Numbered from the whole stretch's first letter, positions 1 to 11,700 are shown. The stretch: 63,987 bases of DNA, filler included, from Sandaracinaceae bacterium (GCA_947483975.1; 8 parts of 8 records of this genome joined end to end with filler, not necessarily neighbours in it); one strand, 5' to 3'. Notes: a model not told the origin generated them from the sequence alone. Numbers and translations: made by a program.

Positions 1-550
1 GGAACGCGAGCGCGGGCAAGGGCTCCGCGGGGACGAGGTGATGATCGACGACGATGACGTCGAGCCCCTTGGCGCGCGCGGCGGCGATGCGCGGGTGATC
101 GCTCGAGCCGCAATCGCACGTGACGAGGAGCTTCGCGCCAGTGTCGAGCACGCGCGCGAGCGCCTCCTCCGAGAAGCCGTAACCGCCCGAAAAACGGCTC
201 GCGACGAGCGCACACACCTCGCCGCCGAGCGCCTCGAGGACGTCCGCGAGGATCGCTGCGCTCGTCGTCCCGTCGACGTCGTAGTCGCCGAAGATGGCGA
301 TGCGCTCGCCCGCGCGGACGGCGCGCGCGAGGCGATCCGCGGCGAGCGCGCGGTCGAGCATCGCGTCGGGCGGCGTCAGATCCGCGAGCTTCGGCGAGAG
401 AAAATCCCGCGCGCGCGCGACCTGATCCGCGCCCTCCCCAAAGCCGCGATGCAGCAGCACCTGCGCGAGCGCAGGCGAAAGACCGAGGGCCCTTCCGAGC
501 TCACCGGCGGCGAGCGGATCCGCCGTGCGTACGCGCGAGTGAAGCGACAT
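1..550 (-). CDS. recJ: single-stranded DNA exonuclease RecJ (5' part; runs off window start)
   Basis: Manual translation from ATG at 550 (not in the ORF track): MSLHSRVR...IAIFGDYDVDGTTS...GGYGFS...LVTCDCGS...VIVVDHH, the DHH-family RecJ motifs; recJ-secF-secD is a common neighbourhood. Confidence 0.93.
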   Translation of the reverse strand, partial: MSLHSRVRTADPLAAGELGRALGLSPALAQVLLHRGFGEGADQVARARDFLSPKLADLTPPDAMLDRALAADRLARAVRAGERIAIFGDYDVDGTTSAAILADVLEALGGEVCALVASRFSGGYGFSEEALARVLDTGAKLLVTCDCGSSDHPRIAAARAKGLDVIVVDHHLVPAEPLPALAF

Positions 551-554
551 CTGG

Positions 555-3230
555 TCAGGGCACCGCGGCGGCGCCAGCGCCGGGTGCGGCAGCGACGCCC
601 GCATCCGGCGCCTCAGCGCTCGCGCCCGCGTCGGCTCCAGCGGACTCCTGCGCGGCGGCTTCGCGGTCGGCCTGCTCCATCATCTGCTCCATGGTCATGC
701 CGGGGCCCCCCGCTCCGCTCGGCGCGCCGACGTCCGTGGTGCCCGCGCCCGCGCCCACGGTCCCGACTGGCGGCGTGACCACTGGCGCCGTCGGGATCGC
801 CGACGACGCGTGCGCGGGCGGGATCAGCCAGTTGGCCACCCCGACGGAAGGCGCGTCGGTGAACGTGATGATCGCGAGTCCGACGAGCATCACCGCGACG
901 AACGGCATGGCCGCGCGCGTGATGTAGCCGACTGGCTTGTTGAACAGCGTGCTCGCGATGAACAGATTCAGCCCGACGGGGGGCGTCAGATAGCCAATCT
1001 CGAGATTGACGATGAAGATGATCCCGAAGTGCAGCGGGTCGATGCCGGCGGCGAGCGCCATCGGGGCCAGCAGCGGCACGAAGATGAAGATGGCGCTCAT
1101 GATGTCGAGCAGGCAGCCGACGACGAGCAGCAGAATGTTGACGACGATGAGGAACTGCCACGGCGCCAGGTGCATCGAGCCGACCCAGTCCGCCGCCAGC
1201 GCGGGCAAGCCCTGCATGTCGAGGAACTCCCCGAAGGTCATCGCCACGACGAGGATGACGAGGAACGAGCCGAGCATCACGCCCGTCTCCTGGAACACGC
1301 TCGGGATCTCGGAGAGCTTGATCGCGCGGTGAATGAACACCTCGACGACCACCGAGTAGACGACGCTGAAACAGGCCGCCTCGATCGCGTTGAAGAGCCC
1401 GCTGAAGATGCCGGCCGAGATGATCACGGGGAACATCAGCGCCCAGAAGCCGTCGCGCGTCTCACGCCCGAGGGTCGCGAACGAGAACGGCTGCCGAGGC
1501 GCCTTGTCGCGAATCCCCTGCACGACGCCCATCCCCATCAGGATCGCGCCAATGACGAAGCCGGGGCCGTACCCACAGGCGAACAGACGCTCGACCTGGA
1601 TCGGCGCGGTCGTGTTGACGATCGCGTAGACGATCATCGGGATCGACGGCGGGATCAGGATGCCGAGGGAGCCTGCGCTCGTGACGAGGCCGTGCGCGAA
1701 GGTCGGCTTGTAGCCTTGCGCGATCAGCGACGGCGCCATCATGCCGCCGATGGCGACGACGGTCGCCGGCGACGAACCGCTGATCGCCGCGAAGATCATG
1801 CACGCGAGCACGGCGCTGACGGCGAGCCCGCCCGGTAGCCAGCCGACGAGCGCCATCGAGAACGCGACGAGGCGCTTCGAGATCTCGCCGCGCCCCATCA
1901 CGGCGCCGCTCATGATGAAGAACGGGATCGCGAGCAGCGCCTGGTTGTCGGCGAGGCCGCGCACGCGCTCGATCAGCGTGAGGTCGTTGATGCTCGTCAG
2001 TCCTCCCCAGAGGAAGAAGCACAGCGCCGCGACCATCCCAAGCAGCACGAAGATCGGCACGCCGAGCGCCACCATCACCAGGATGGCCGCCGCGAGCATC
2101 CCGCCCTTGCCCATGAAGCAGAGCCCCACGGCGAGCACGGCCACGACCGCGAGCACGAGCGGCTTTCCGCGCTGCTCGGACTCCTCGGCGGCCCGCACCG
2201 CGGCGAGCATCTCCGGCGTGCGCTCGCCCGCCCCGCCAGCCCTCTCCGCCTCCTCCATGCCCTCGGCCTTGGCGGGCGCACCGTAGTCGCCCCCGCGCAG
2301 CGCGCTGATCGCCGCGGCGATGAAGCGGATCATCGTCAGGCCGAACGCGATCGGCACCGCCACGGTCTGTACCCAGTCGGGCACGCCGGTCTGCGCGAGC
2401 CTACCGCCGGTCGCGTAGAGGCCGGTGCCGGGCAGGAACACATAGCGATAACCGAGATAGGTGAAAAGTAGGCAGAACGCGGCCGTGAAGAGATAGCCGG
2501 CGGCCGTGACATAGCGCCTGAACCGCGCCGGGATGGCCTTGTCGAGGGTCTCGACCCGGATGTGCTTGCCGATCGGCACGCACACGCTCGCGCCGAAGAA
2601 GCCCACCCAGAGGATGAGGAGCATCGAAAGCTCCTTCGCCCAGGTGTAGTCGTCCGGGAAGTAGTTGAACGCGACGTAGACGAGAAGCGGCGTCAGCACG
2701 AGCAGCATCGCCGCGAGCCGCGCCTGCCAGCCCACCGCGCGGGCGCGCAGCGCCCCCACCGTGTACGCGACGAGCGAGAGCCCGAAGAGGACGAGGTAGA
2801 CGTTACGCGACGAGGTCGAGACCATCATCCACGCGAGCCCGACGACTCCAGCGGTCGTGAGCCCCGCCGCCGCGAACACCGAGCCCCGGAACGGCAGCAG
2901 GCGCGTGCCCTTGCGACGCTCGGCCTCGACGGCGCCGACGAGCACGACACCGAAGGTCAGCAGCACGGCGACCCACGGCGCGACGTTGGCGTCGAGCGCG
3001 GCCCGCTTCACGGGGTCGGTGATGCCGGCCACGCTCGCGAGCAGGCCTCCGACCTTGCTGTCTGGCGCCACGAGACGCCGATAGACGACGTCGACGAAGA
3101 CCATCACCGTCGTCGCGATCAGCGCGAGCGAAAGGAGGCTGCTCTCCGCGCGGAAGACGGCCGCGTCGACGCGGCGCAGAAGAGGCTTGCGCGCGGAGGG
3201 TTCGGCGGGGCTCGTGGTCGCGTGGGTCAT
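555..3230 (-). CDS. TRAP transporter fused small+large permease (DctQ-DctM)
   Basis: N-terminal DctQ-like segment (WAKELSMLLILWVGFFGAS...KHIRVE) plus DctM motifs (LLAIPFFI, AAISGSSPAT, LGILIPPSIP, EIGYLTPPVG); start uncertain (3230/3242). Confidence 0.92.
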   Translation of the reverse strand: MTHATTSPAEPSARKPLLRRVDAAVFRAESSLLSLALIATTVMVFVDVVYRRLVAPDSKVGGLLASVAGITDPVKRAALDANVAPWVAVLLTFGVVLVGAVEAERRKGTRLLPFRGSVFAAAGLTTAGVVGLAWMMVSTSSRNVYLVLFGLSLVAYTVGALRARAVGWQARLAAMLLVLTPLLVYVAFNYFPDDYTWAKELSMLLILWVGFFGASVCVPIGKHIRVETLDKAIPARFRRYVTAAGYLFTAAFCLLFTYLGYRYVFLPGTGLYATGGRLAQTGVPDWVQTVAVPIAFGLTMIRFIAAAISALRGGDYGAPAKAEGMEEAERAGGAGERTPEMLAAVRAAEESEQRGKPLVLAVVAVLAVGLCFMGKGGMLAAAILVMVALGVPIFVLLGMVAALCFFLWGGLTSINDLTLIERVRGLADNQALLAIPFFIMSGAVMGRGEISKRLVAFSMALVGWLPGGLAVSAVLACMIFAAISGSSPATVVAIGGMMAPSLIAQGYKPTFAHGLVTSAGSLGILIPPSIPMIVYAIVNTTAPIQVERLFACGYGPGFVIGAILMGMGVVQGIRDKAPRQPFSFATLGRETRDGFWALMFPVIISAGIFSGLFNAIEAACFSVVYSVVVEVFIHRAIKLSEIPSVFQETGVMLGSFLVILVVAMTFGEFLDMQGLPALAADWVGSMHLAPWQFLIVVNILLLVVGCLLDIMSAIFIFVPLLAPMALAAGIDPLHFGIIFIVNLEIGYLTPPVGLNLFIASTLFNKPVGYITRAAMPFVAVMLVGLAIITFTDAPSVGVANWLIPPAHASSAIPTAPVVTPPVGTVGAGAGTTDVGAPSGAGGPGMTMEQMMEQADREAAAQESAGADAGASAEAPDAGVAAAPGAGAAAVP

Positions 3231-3370
3231 GTCGCGCGGCATGGTCGCCCAAGAGCGGCGCGCTGCACAGGGGGAAGCGGACGCCCGGGCCCCCAAACGA
3301 GTTCAGGCGACGTCCGAGGGGGCGTCGCCTGAAACCGTCTTGCGAGTTCGAGGGCTGCGGAGCGCTGCGC

Positions 3371-4567
3371 TCAGGCCTTCTTGGCGGCGCCGACGCGTGC
3401 GCCGCGCGCGGGGCGCGCAGGCTTCTCTTCCGCCTGGCGGAAGTAGTGGCGGTCGAGCCACTCGGTCACCGGGGCGGCGACGTAGATCGACGAGTACGTT
3501 CCGATCACGATGCCGATGATCATCGTCTCCGCGAAGTCGCGGATGACGGGCGTGCCCCAGATGAGGAAGCCCAGGACCGACATCGCCGTGACGACCGAGG
3601 TGAGGATCGTGCGCGAGAGCGTCTGGGACGTGCTCACGTTGATGACCTCGACCATCGTCTTGCCGCGGAGGCGCCCGAGGTTCTCACGAATGCGGTCGTA
3701 GACGACGATGGTGTCGTTGACCGAGTAGCCGACGATCGTCAGCAGCGCTGCGACCGACGTCAGCGTGAACTCCTTGCGAAGGAGGATCAGTATGCCGGCG
3801 GTGATGACGGCGTCGTGGAACATCGCGATGACCGCGCCCGGCGCGAAGCGCAGGTCGAAGCGGAACGCGATGTAGACCATGATCAGCGCCATCGCGAAGA
3901 GCAGCGACTTGATGGCGGAGTCACGGAGCTGAGCGCCGGCCTTCGGGCCGACCCACTCGACGCGAAGCGCCGACTCGGGCGCGCGCGCACCGAGCTGCGT
4001 GTGCAAACCCGCGATGACGTCGTCGGCGATACCGACGAGCGCGCACTCGTAGCGATTGGCCGCCTGCGCGCCAAAGCGCACACAGCCGTGCTCGCGCACG
4101 CGCGCGCCAGACTCGACGAGCGCCGTGCGAATCGCCTCTGGGGCAGCGATGTCCGAGAGGCGCAGCGAGATCTTGTCGCCGCCCGGGGAGAACTTCGTCT
4201 CCTGGACGCCAGCGCGACTGCCCTCGAAGCCGCGACGCAGGCGCGTGCGAATGCGCGCCTTGTCAGCGGCGCTGAGCGCGGAGACCTCGCCGATGCGAAC
4301 GATGTATTCGTTCGTGCGCCCTTCGACGCTGACGACCTCACCCGCCGTGTGGCCGATGGTCGTCATCGTGCTCCGGAGCTCAGCCGCGCTCACGTTACCC
4401 GTGAACGCGAGCTGGATCTCCGTGCCGCCCTTGAAGTCGAGGCCCCAGTTGGGCCCCGGAAAGAAGTAGCAGCCGATCGCCAGCGTGAAGGTGATCAGCG
4501 AGGCGGTGACGTTGATGCGCCGCAGGCGCATGAAGTCGAAATAGGCGTTGGGCTTGAAGAACTCCAT
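3371..4567 (-). CDS. secF: protein translocase subunit SecF
   Basis: GLDFKGGT, HDAVIT, GYSVNDTIVVYDRIRE, GTYSSIYVA motifs. Confidence 0.97.
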   Translation of the reverse strand: MEFFKPNAYFDFMRLRRINVTASLITFTLAIGCYFFPGPNWGLDFKGGTEIQLAFTGNVSAAELRSTMTTIGHTAGEVVSVEGRTNEYIVRIGEVSALSAADKARIRTRLRRGFEGSRAGVQETKFSPGGDKISLRLSDIAAPEAIRTALVESGARVREHGCVRFGAQAANRYECALVGIADDVIAGLHTQLGARAPESALRVEWVGPKAGAQLRDSAIKSLLFAMALIMVYIAFRFDLRFAPGAVIAMFHDAVITAGILILLRKEFTLTSVAALLTIVGYSVNDTIVVYDRIRENLGRLRGKTMVEVINVSTSQTLSRTILTSVVTAMSVLGFLIWGTPVIRDFAETMIIGIVIGTYSSIYVAAPVTEWLDRHYFRQAEEKPARPARGARVGAAKKA

Positions 4568-4571
4568 CGTC

Positions 4572-6422
4572 TCACCCGATCCGGAGGTTCTGAACGCGGA
4601 GACCGCGCACGAGCCAGTCGAAAGCGATCCGCGAGCAGAACACGCCCGTGAAGATCGAGAACACGATCCCGATGATCAGCGTGAGCGCGAAACCCTTGAT
4701 GGGGCCCGTGCCGTACTGAAAGAGCACGACGCCCGAGAGGAACGTCGTGAAGTGACCATCGAAGATGGCCTGGAACGCGCGGCTGAAGCCCTGATCGACG
4801 GCGGCGCGTGGAGACTTCCCATTGCGAAGCTCCTCACGAATACGCTCGTTGATCAGCACGTTCGCGTCGACGGCCATACCGACCGTCAGCGCGATGCCGG
4901 CGACTCCCGGCAGCGTCAGCGTACCCTCGAAGAAGGCCAGCGCGGCGAAGATGAAGAGCAGGTTCGCGCTCACCATCACGTCGGCGATCACGCCGCCGAG
5001 CTGGTAGTAGACACCCATGAAGAGCGCCACGAGCAAGATGCTCGCGAGGGCTCCCCACGCTGCCTTGGTGATCGCGTCCTGGCCGAGCGTCGGCCCGATC
5101 AGCTGCTCGTTGCTCGGGCGAATCGGCGCGGGAAGCGCGCCCGCCTTGAGCACGACGACGAGGTCACGAGCCTCGCCCATCACCGACTGGTAGTCGCGCA
5201 TCCCGCCGAGCGTGATCTGCGCGCGACCGCCACCGATGCGCGTCTGAATCACCGGCGCCGACTCGACGCGGTCGTCGAGGACGATGGCGAAGCGGCGCTT
5301 CACGTTCTGTCCGGTGAGGCGCTCGAACACGTCCGCGCCCGCCGCGCCGCGCTTGAACTGCAGCGAAACGTAGGGCTTGTTGGTCTGCGGGTCGTTCGCC
5401 ACGAACGCGTCCTCGATCATCTCACCGCTGACGTCCGCGCGGCTGTAGATGAAGTAGGTGCGCCACGCCTCGACGGCCGGTGTGCGAGCGTTGCGGTTCT
5501 TCGAGCGGCGCGTGTCCTCGCGCTCGAGCTTCCCGAGGGCGAGCGTGCGCCCTTCGGGGAAGCCGTCGGCTGCCTCGAGGGTCGCCACGTACGCGGCGAG
5601 CTTCTCGCGTGCGCCGGTACCCTCGGCGGTGAGGTACTGCACGACCACGGACGGGCGCGACGTGCCAGCGGAGACCTGCTCGCTGCCGCGGGTGATCCCC
5701 TCCGGGAGGTCCGAGAGCCCCCCGACGTAGGTCGAGTCGTCGTCGACGATCTTGAACTCGAGCCGCGCCGTCTGGCTGATGATGCTGCGGATGCGGTTGA
5801 ACGCGCTCTCGTCGGCGCCCGGGATCTCGATGATGATGTCGTTGTCGCGCGAGGTGATGTTCGTCTCGCGGAGTCCGAGTTCGTCGATGCGGTTCGAGAC
5901 GGTCTGCTTCGCCTGCTCGACCGCGAGATCGCGGATGTTCTCGAGGCGGTCGGCGCGCATCTCGAGCGTCACGGTCCGGCCCTCGCGGGCCGTCTCGCGG
6001 ACGTCGGCGAGCTTGTCGATGAACGCCTGATTGACCTTGGCGGCGTCCGCGACGGCGACGAAGGTCACCGCGATGGCGCGGTCACCGACGTTGTGGACGG
6101 TCACCTTCTGGCGGAGCCGGTCGCGCTGCTCGCGCGTGATGGGCTCGTCGCTCGAGCAGACACCGAGCGAGCGGCAGAGCTCGTCCGAGACCTGGTCGGC
6201 CCGACGATCGCGCATGTCGCGGATCGCCTCGTCCACCTCGACCTCGTAGGCGAGCCGGAGCCCGCCGCGGATGTCGAGTCCGGGTGCGATGAGGCCGCTG
6301 AAGTGTTTCTTCACCCAGCGAGGCGCGGGGACCCAGCGGTCCATGCTCGGCCAGAGGGCCAGTGCTGCGAACACGAGGAGTGTCGCGAAGATGCCGAAGC
6401 GGAGATACCAACCCCTGTCCAT
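4572..6422 (-). CDS. secD: protein translocase subunit SecD
   Basis: GLDIRGG, RIDELG, AGALPAP, GPTLG, GMAVDANVLINERIREE, GTGPIKGFA motifs. Confidence 0.97.
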   Translation of the reverse strand: MDRGWYLRFGIFATLLVFAALALWPSMDRWVPAPRWVKKHFSGLIAPGLDIRGGLRLAYEVEVDEAIRDMRDRRADQVSDELCRSLGVCSSDEPITREQRDRLRQKVTVHNVGDRAIAVTFVAVADAAKVNQAFIDKLADVRETAREGRTVTLEMRADRLENIRDLAVEQAKQTVSNRIDELGLRETNITSRDNDIIIEIPGADESAFNRIRSIISQTARLEFKIVDDDSTYVGGLSDLPEGITRGSEQVSAGTSRPSVVVQYLTAEGTGAREKLAAYVATLEAADGFPEGRTLALGKLEREDTRRSKNRNARTPAVEAWRTYFIYSRADVSGEMIEDAFVANDPQTNKPYVSLQFKRGAAGADVFERLTGQNVKRRFAIVLDDRVESAPVIQTRIGGGRAQITLGGMRDYQSVMGEARDLVVVLKAGALPAPIRPSNEQLIGPTLGQDAITKAAWGALASILLVALFMGVYYQLGGVIADVMVSANLLFIFAALAFFEGTLTLPGVAGIALTVGMAVDANVLINERIREELRNGKSPRAAVDQGFSRAFQAIFDGHFTTFLSGVVLFQYGTGPIKGFALTLIIGIVFSIFTGVFCSRIAFDWLVRGLRVQNLRIG

Positions 6423-6512
6423 GCGGTCCTCTCAGAAGATCTCGGGCTCGAGTTCTCGGGTAAGCGATGAGTGTCTTGAGTCGCGCGCGTCGTCGGCCGA
6501 CGCAGCGGAGCG

Positions 6513-6944
6513 CTACCCGTTTTTGGCCTTGTCCGACTTGTCGTCGGACTTCTTTTCCTTGTCCTTCGCCTCGACGGTCACCGGGGCGGTCTCGAGCCCG
6601 GCGATGTGCGAACGGAGCACGTTGATCTTCACGCGGTCGGCGACGATCAGGTTCACGTCGTTGTCCGTGAGTTCCGCGATCTCGCCGCGGATGCCGCTCG
6701 AGGTGCGCACCTTGTCACCGCGCTTGAGGCTCTTGAGCAGAGCGTCGGCCTCACGCTGCTTCTTCTGCTGGGGGCGAATCAGCATGAAATAGAAGACGGC
6801 GAACATCACGGGCAGCAGGATCAGCTGCGACGAGCCGCCCATGCAGCCGGCAGGGCCAGCGGGGCCTCCGCCACCACCACCGCCGCCACCGCCGGTTGCT
6901 TCGGGCTGTAGCCAGGTAAGGAGCTCGACGATCGTCAGCAGCAC
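6513..6944 (-). CDS. yajC: preprotein translocase subunit YajC
   Basis: FYFMLIRPQQKK...LKRGDKVRTSSGIRG; directly upstream of secD; GTG start at 6944 preceded by GAGAGGA. Confidence 0.93.
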   Translation of the reverse strand: MLLTIVELLTWLQPEATGGGGGGGGGGPAGPAGCMGGSSQLILLPVMFAVFYFMLIRPQQKKQREADALLKSLKRGDKVRTSSGIRGEIAELTDNDVNLIVADRVKINVLRSHIAGLETAPVTVEAKDKEKKSDDKSDKAKNG

Positions 6945-7381
6945 GGGGAATCCTCTCGAATCGGGGCCACACCGCCTGGGTGCCAGCGACACGGCGACCG
7001 GTCACTGCGCCGGCGCTCTGCTCCTCCGGATGAGGCGCAGCGAACACCGAAAGCCCCCTGTGGAGCGGGCAGGGCGCGCGTTTCTACTCCGAAGCCCCAC
7101 CTCCGTCAACCGTGGGCCGGGGTTCGGCAATTGGGCGGAGGGCGGGTCGAGGGCGAGAGTGACGAGCTAGCCGGGGCCGCGACGACCCCTCGAGGGCTGC
7201 TCAGGGGGCTGCCTCGCCCCCACCCAGTCTCAGAATCGAGACACCACGCTTCGAGCGGTCCTCGCCCATCTGCAGGTGGTCTCGCCTGCCTCAGCCCCTT
7301 CCCTCGCAGCTTTCGAAACCGCCCCGGCGTGCGCGTCGGCCGTTGACACCGGCTCCCACGACAGGATACGCACCGGGTCCT

Positions 7382-8439
7382 ATGAACCGTATTCTCGGAA
7401 TGACCCTCGCTGTCGCCGTGCTCGCCTTGGCGGGCTGCGACATGGCCGCGTTCGCGGCCGGCTCGACCATCAAGGTCTTCGTACGCGCGGCGCCCGCGAT
7501 CCAGCGCTACCACGACCCGGAGCTCGCCGAAGGGGCGATGCCAGGCTCGATCTCGCAGCTCGAGGGCGTGATGTCGATCAAGCCGGAGGACGCCGACCTC
7601 CGCGCGCTGCTCGGACGCAGCTACGGCTCGTATGGCTACGCGTTCCTCGAGGACCACATGGAGGCCGCGGCGGTCCTCGACGATCAAGCCGAGGTCGAGC
7701 ACTTCCGGTCCCGCGCGTCGATGGCCTACGCGCGCGGCAAGGAAGTCTCGATGGAGATGATGACGATCTGGAACGACGAGGACGGCGGCGCGCAGGGCGC
7801 GTACTCGCGCGGCATCGACTCGTGGAAGCGCTATCTCGCGACGTTCGATGACGCCGACCAAGCGCCGATCCTCTTTTGGTGCGCCTACAACTGGGCGCGC
7901 TACATCGGCGTCAACCGCAATCAGATGAACGCGGTCGCCGACCTCGAATTCGTGCGCGAGCTCTCGAACCGCATCCTCCAGCTCGATCGCAGCTACTACA
8001 ATTACGCGCCCATCGCGCTGCACGCGGGCCTGCTCGCGACGATTCCGGCCGCGGTCGGTGGGCAGCCCGAGGTCGCCAAGACTGAGTTCGAAGAGGCCAT
8101 TCGCCTCACGCAGCGCAAGAACCTGCTCTTCCTCGTCACCGAGGCTCAGCTCGTCGCCGTCGCGCTCCAGGACCGCGCGCTCTACCGGGCGCTGCTGCAG
8201 GAGGTGATCGACGCCGGCGACATCGACCCGGACGGTCGGCTGCCGAACATCCTCGCGCAGCGCCGCGCCGCGCGTTACCTCGGGCGCATCGACGAGTTCT
8301 TCGAGCCGGTCGCTGGTGAGGCGCCCGCCGCGCAGCCGCAGGGCAGCTGCGACGAGCCTGGTGGGAACGAGTCGTTCGAGGACTTCAACCGCCGCTGCAC
8401 CGTGCTCGAAGGCGGCGAGGCGACGGCGCCTACGCCGGA
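7382..8439 (+). CDS. TRAP-associated TPR lipoprotein, TatT (TAtT) family (3' end truncated by gap)
   Basis: Lipobox LALAGC; helical pattern P-E-LA..AMP..I..LE.....P.D..L..L....Y..Y.YAFL typical of TatT components; a fused DctQM gene is on the same contig. Confidence 0.75.
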
Positions 8440-8539
8440 NNNNNNNNNNNNNNNNNNNNNNNNNNNNNNNNNNNNNNNNNNNNTTAATTAATTAANNNNN
8501 NNNNNNNNNNNNNNNNNNNNNNNNNNNNNNNNNNNNNNN
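8440..8539. other. artificial contig-join spacer (N-run, TTAATTAATTAA, N-run); same spacer at 16965-17064, 25483-25582, 33937-34036, 42384-42483, 50821-50920, 59244-59343
   Basis: Identical 100-nt linker with stop codons in all six frames; inter-spacer contig lengths fall monotonically (8425, 8418, 8354, 8347, 8337, 8323). Confidence 0.98.
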
Positions 8540-8791
8540 CGAGCGAGGCTGAGCTCGCCGCGCAGCTCGCGGTCGCGCTCGGGACCCCGTACGCCGAGGA
8601 CGCCGCTGCGCCGCGCGCCGTGCCTATGCCGCGTCGGGAGGCGAGCCTCACCGCGCTCCCCGGCGGCAGCGGCTCGATCTTCGCGGCGAGCGCGGCGGGT
8701 GGTCTCGCCATGCTGGCTTGGTCGCTGCTGCGCCGCGCGTCTCTCGCCCGGTCGAGGCGCAACGTGCGTCGCCCGGCGCCGGTCTCGTCTG

Positions 8792-11700
8792 TCAGCTGAC
8801 GGGGCGCCCGGCCTTCGACAGCTCGGGCAGGGTGTCGCGGGCGTCGTAGCTGGCCGTGCGCCCGGCGAGGTGCGCCCGCAGCGCCTCGGCCGCGTCGCGC
8901 TCTCCGAGCCCTTCGAGCACCCTGGCGAGGTCGCGAATCCCCGCGAGCGTCGGAGGCTCGTCGTGGCTGACGACCTCGCAGGCGTCGAGAAAGCGCCGCG
9001 CGGCCGCAGCGGCGGTTGGCGCATCATCGAGCGCGGCCGAGAGGCGGGCCTCGGTCAGGCGTAGCGCGGTGAGCACCCAGAGCTCGTTGCGCGCCTCGAC
9101 GCCGCGGACGTGCGCAGCGAACCTCGGGCGGAGGTCGGCGGCTCGGCCCCGGGCGAGCGCGAGGCGCACCTCGACCTCGAGCGCCTCGCCGAGCAGCTCG
9201 TCGTAGCGCACGTCGCGGATGCTCTCGACGGCCTCTTCGAGGTGTCGCTCGGCGTCCTCGAGGCGGCCGAGCACGATCTCGAGGTCGGCTACCTTCAGCA
9301 GCGCGAACGCCTCGCGCCACAGCTTCCCGCTCGCGGCGGCGTACTCGGCGACCTCGTGCTGCCAGCGGAGGGCGCCCTCGAAGTCTCCCCGCAGCCCCGC
9401 GTGCTGCGCGAGGATGTGCGAGGCGAAGAGCCCCGTCACCGCGCGGCGCGGGTCGTTCTTCGACGCCTGCGCGATGCTCTCCTTCGCGCGCAGCTCCGAG
9501 TCGCGGAAGCGATCCTGATAGAACCAGACGCTCGCGACGAAGCACCGACAGCGCGCGGCCATGACGTCGTCGCCGAGGGTCGCGTAGTGCTCCTCGGCTC
9601 GAGCGAGCGCGCCGAGCGCATCGTCGTAGCGCAGCCCGAAATAGGCGACGTAGCCCTCGTTCATCGTCAGCTCGGCGAGGCGCGCGTCGGGCGCTTGCAC
9701 GCCGTCGGCGGCGAGCCAGCGCTGCGCGACCTCGATCTCCGCGAGCGCCCGCTGGAGCTCGAAAGCCCGCCCGAACGTGCGGATGGCGTGCAGGAGCGTC
9801 GTGTACGCCCGCTCGTGCTCGCCCGCCCGACGAAGCAGCAGCGCGGCGCGCACGGCGACGTCCGCGCGGACGCGCCCGTAGAAGGTGAAGAGGCCCTCGG
9901 CCGTCTCGCGGAGCACGGTGTCGCGGTCGACGAGGTTCTGAATCCGCGCGAGCAGATGCTCCTGCACGGCGCGGTGATCGAAGCTGTACCGCCCGTGGCC
10001 TTCGGCGCGCACGAGGCCATGCAGGAGCACGCGATCGAGCACCTGATCGACGAGCGGCTCGTCCGCGCCAGACGCAGCGCGCAGCGCGCCTTCTTCGAAC
10101 TGCATGCCGAGCACGGCCGCGCGGGCGAGCACGCCCTCCGCGCGATCGGCGTCTGGCCCGAAGGTGTCGACGACCTCGCGCACGCGCTCGCGGGTGAGCT
10201 CGCTCAGCGGACGATGCGCGAGCAGCTCCTCGATCGTGCGCCCCGCCGCCGGGCGGAGGCCGTCCGGCCCTGCCTCGAGCAGCTTCGCGTCGGAGAGCCC
10301 GTGCACGAGCTGCACGAGCGTCAGCGGCGTGCCGTCGTCGATCAGCGTCGCGACCCCCTCGGCGACCTCCGGGGCGAGCGGCGCGAGCGCGCGCAGCAGC
10401 TCACGGCGGGCGCCCGCGTCGAGCGGCGCGAGGTGACGCACGGTCGTCAGCGGGCGCGCGAAGAGCTTCTCGAAGCGCGCCGCGAGCCGCGGATGCTGCG
10501 CGGTGCCTTCTCGCAGCGTGACGACCGCGAGCACCGGCGCGTCGGGCGTGTCGAGCAGGTGCTCGAGCAGCTCCATCGCGCCGTCGCGCGCCCAGGCGAC
10601 GTCGTCCAGCCAGAGATACACGGGTCGGACTCGCGCCATCGCGGCGATCGCGCCCGCCAGCGCCTGGACCACGGGCTCGACGGGGCCAGCCTCCACGTTG
10701 TCCTCGGCGAGCCAGCGCTGGAGCAGCACCGCGTCGAACGGCAGCACGCCGCGCGCGTCGACGAGCCAGCGCCACTCGTCCGGCACGGCGTCCGCTCCGG
10801 GGACGTTCGGCGGCAGCCCCAAGGCGCGCCGCAGCGCGCGTCGCAGCCCGCCCGCGAGCTCGGTCTCCGAGACGTCGTAGCCCGCGGCGAGAGACTCCAT
10901 CGCGCCGCTCCGCTCGACCTCCGCGAAGCCCCAGCGCGCCACCCGGCTCTTGCCGATGCCCGGCGGTCCGATGAAGACGAGGAGCCGCGTGAGGCCCTGC
11001 GAGCGCACCTCGAGCGCCTGCGACAAGATCGTCGCGCGCTCCTGCGCGCGAGCGACGAGCGGCGCTTCACGCACCCTGCGCAGCGCGCGACCGGGCGACC
11101 CGTTGTCGGCCGCGGCGAGCTCGAATGGCAGCTCGATCAGCGTCGGCGTGCGGGCGTGCGCGGGCTCGGCGTCCGGCGGCGCCGAGGGACGCAGGCTCTT
11201 CGGCGGTAGCTCAGAGTTCCGCGGGCTCGTCAGCGGAGCCTCGAGCGTTCCGCGGTCCGTCGTGTCGTCGTGGAGGTAGGTGGGCGCCGAGTGCACCGCG
11301 GCGCTCTCGGCCTCTCGCACGCCATCGCCGACCTGCCGCGCGACCTCGGCGAGGCGCCCGCGCACCTCCGCCGCGAAGCGTGGCCGATCGCGCGGCTCGC
11401 GCGCGATCATCGAGTGAAACAGGCGCACGAGCTCCAGCGGCAGCTCGAGCCCGTCGCGCACGCGCAGCGGGGGCGGGTCCCCGTGCAGCTTCGCGGCGAC
11501 CGACGCGGCGGGCTCGTAGGGGAAGGGGGGCGTGCCCGCGAGCAGCTCGTGGATGATCACGCCGAGCGCGTAGACATCCGTCCAGGGGCCGATGCGCTCG
11601 ACGCCCACGAATTGCTCGGGCGCCATGTACACGGGCGTGCCCGCGATGCCCGTACGCTGCGCGTCTCCCCGCAGCGGATCGACCACCCGGGCGATGCCGA

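Noticed and set aside
38..778. 246-aa plus-strand ORF and the many other long Arg/Ala-rich overlapping ORFs (e.g. 4548-6470, 9110-11209, 43388-45580)
   Set aside because: Antisense or off-frame shadows of real genes in high-GC DNA; here the true gene is recJ on the minus strand
8440..8539. Recurrent TTAATTAATTAA palindrome about every 8.4 kb
   Set aside because: Artificial contig linker inside N runs; not biological, and genes on either side are not neighbours
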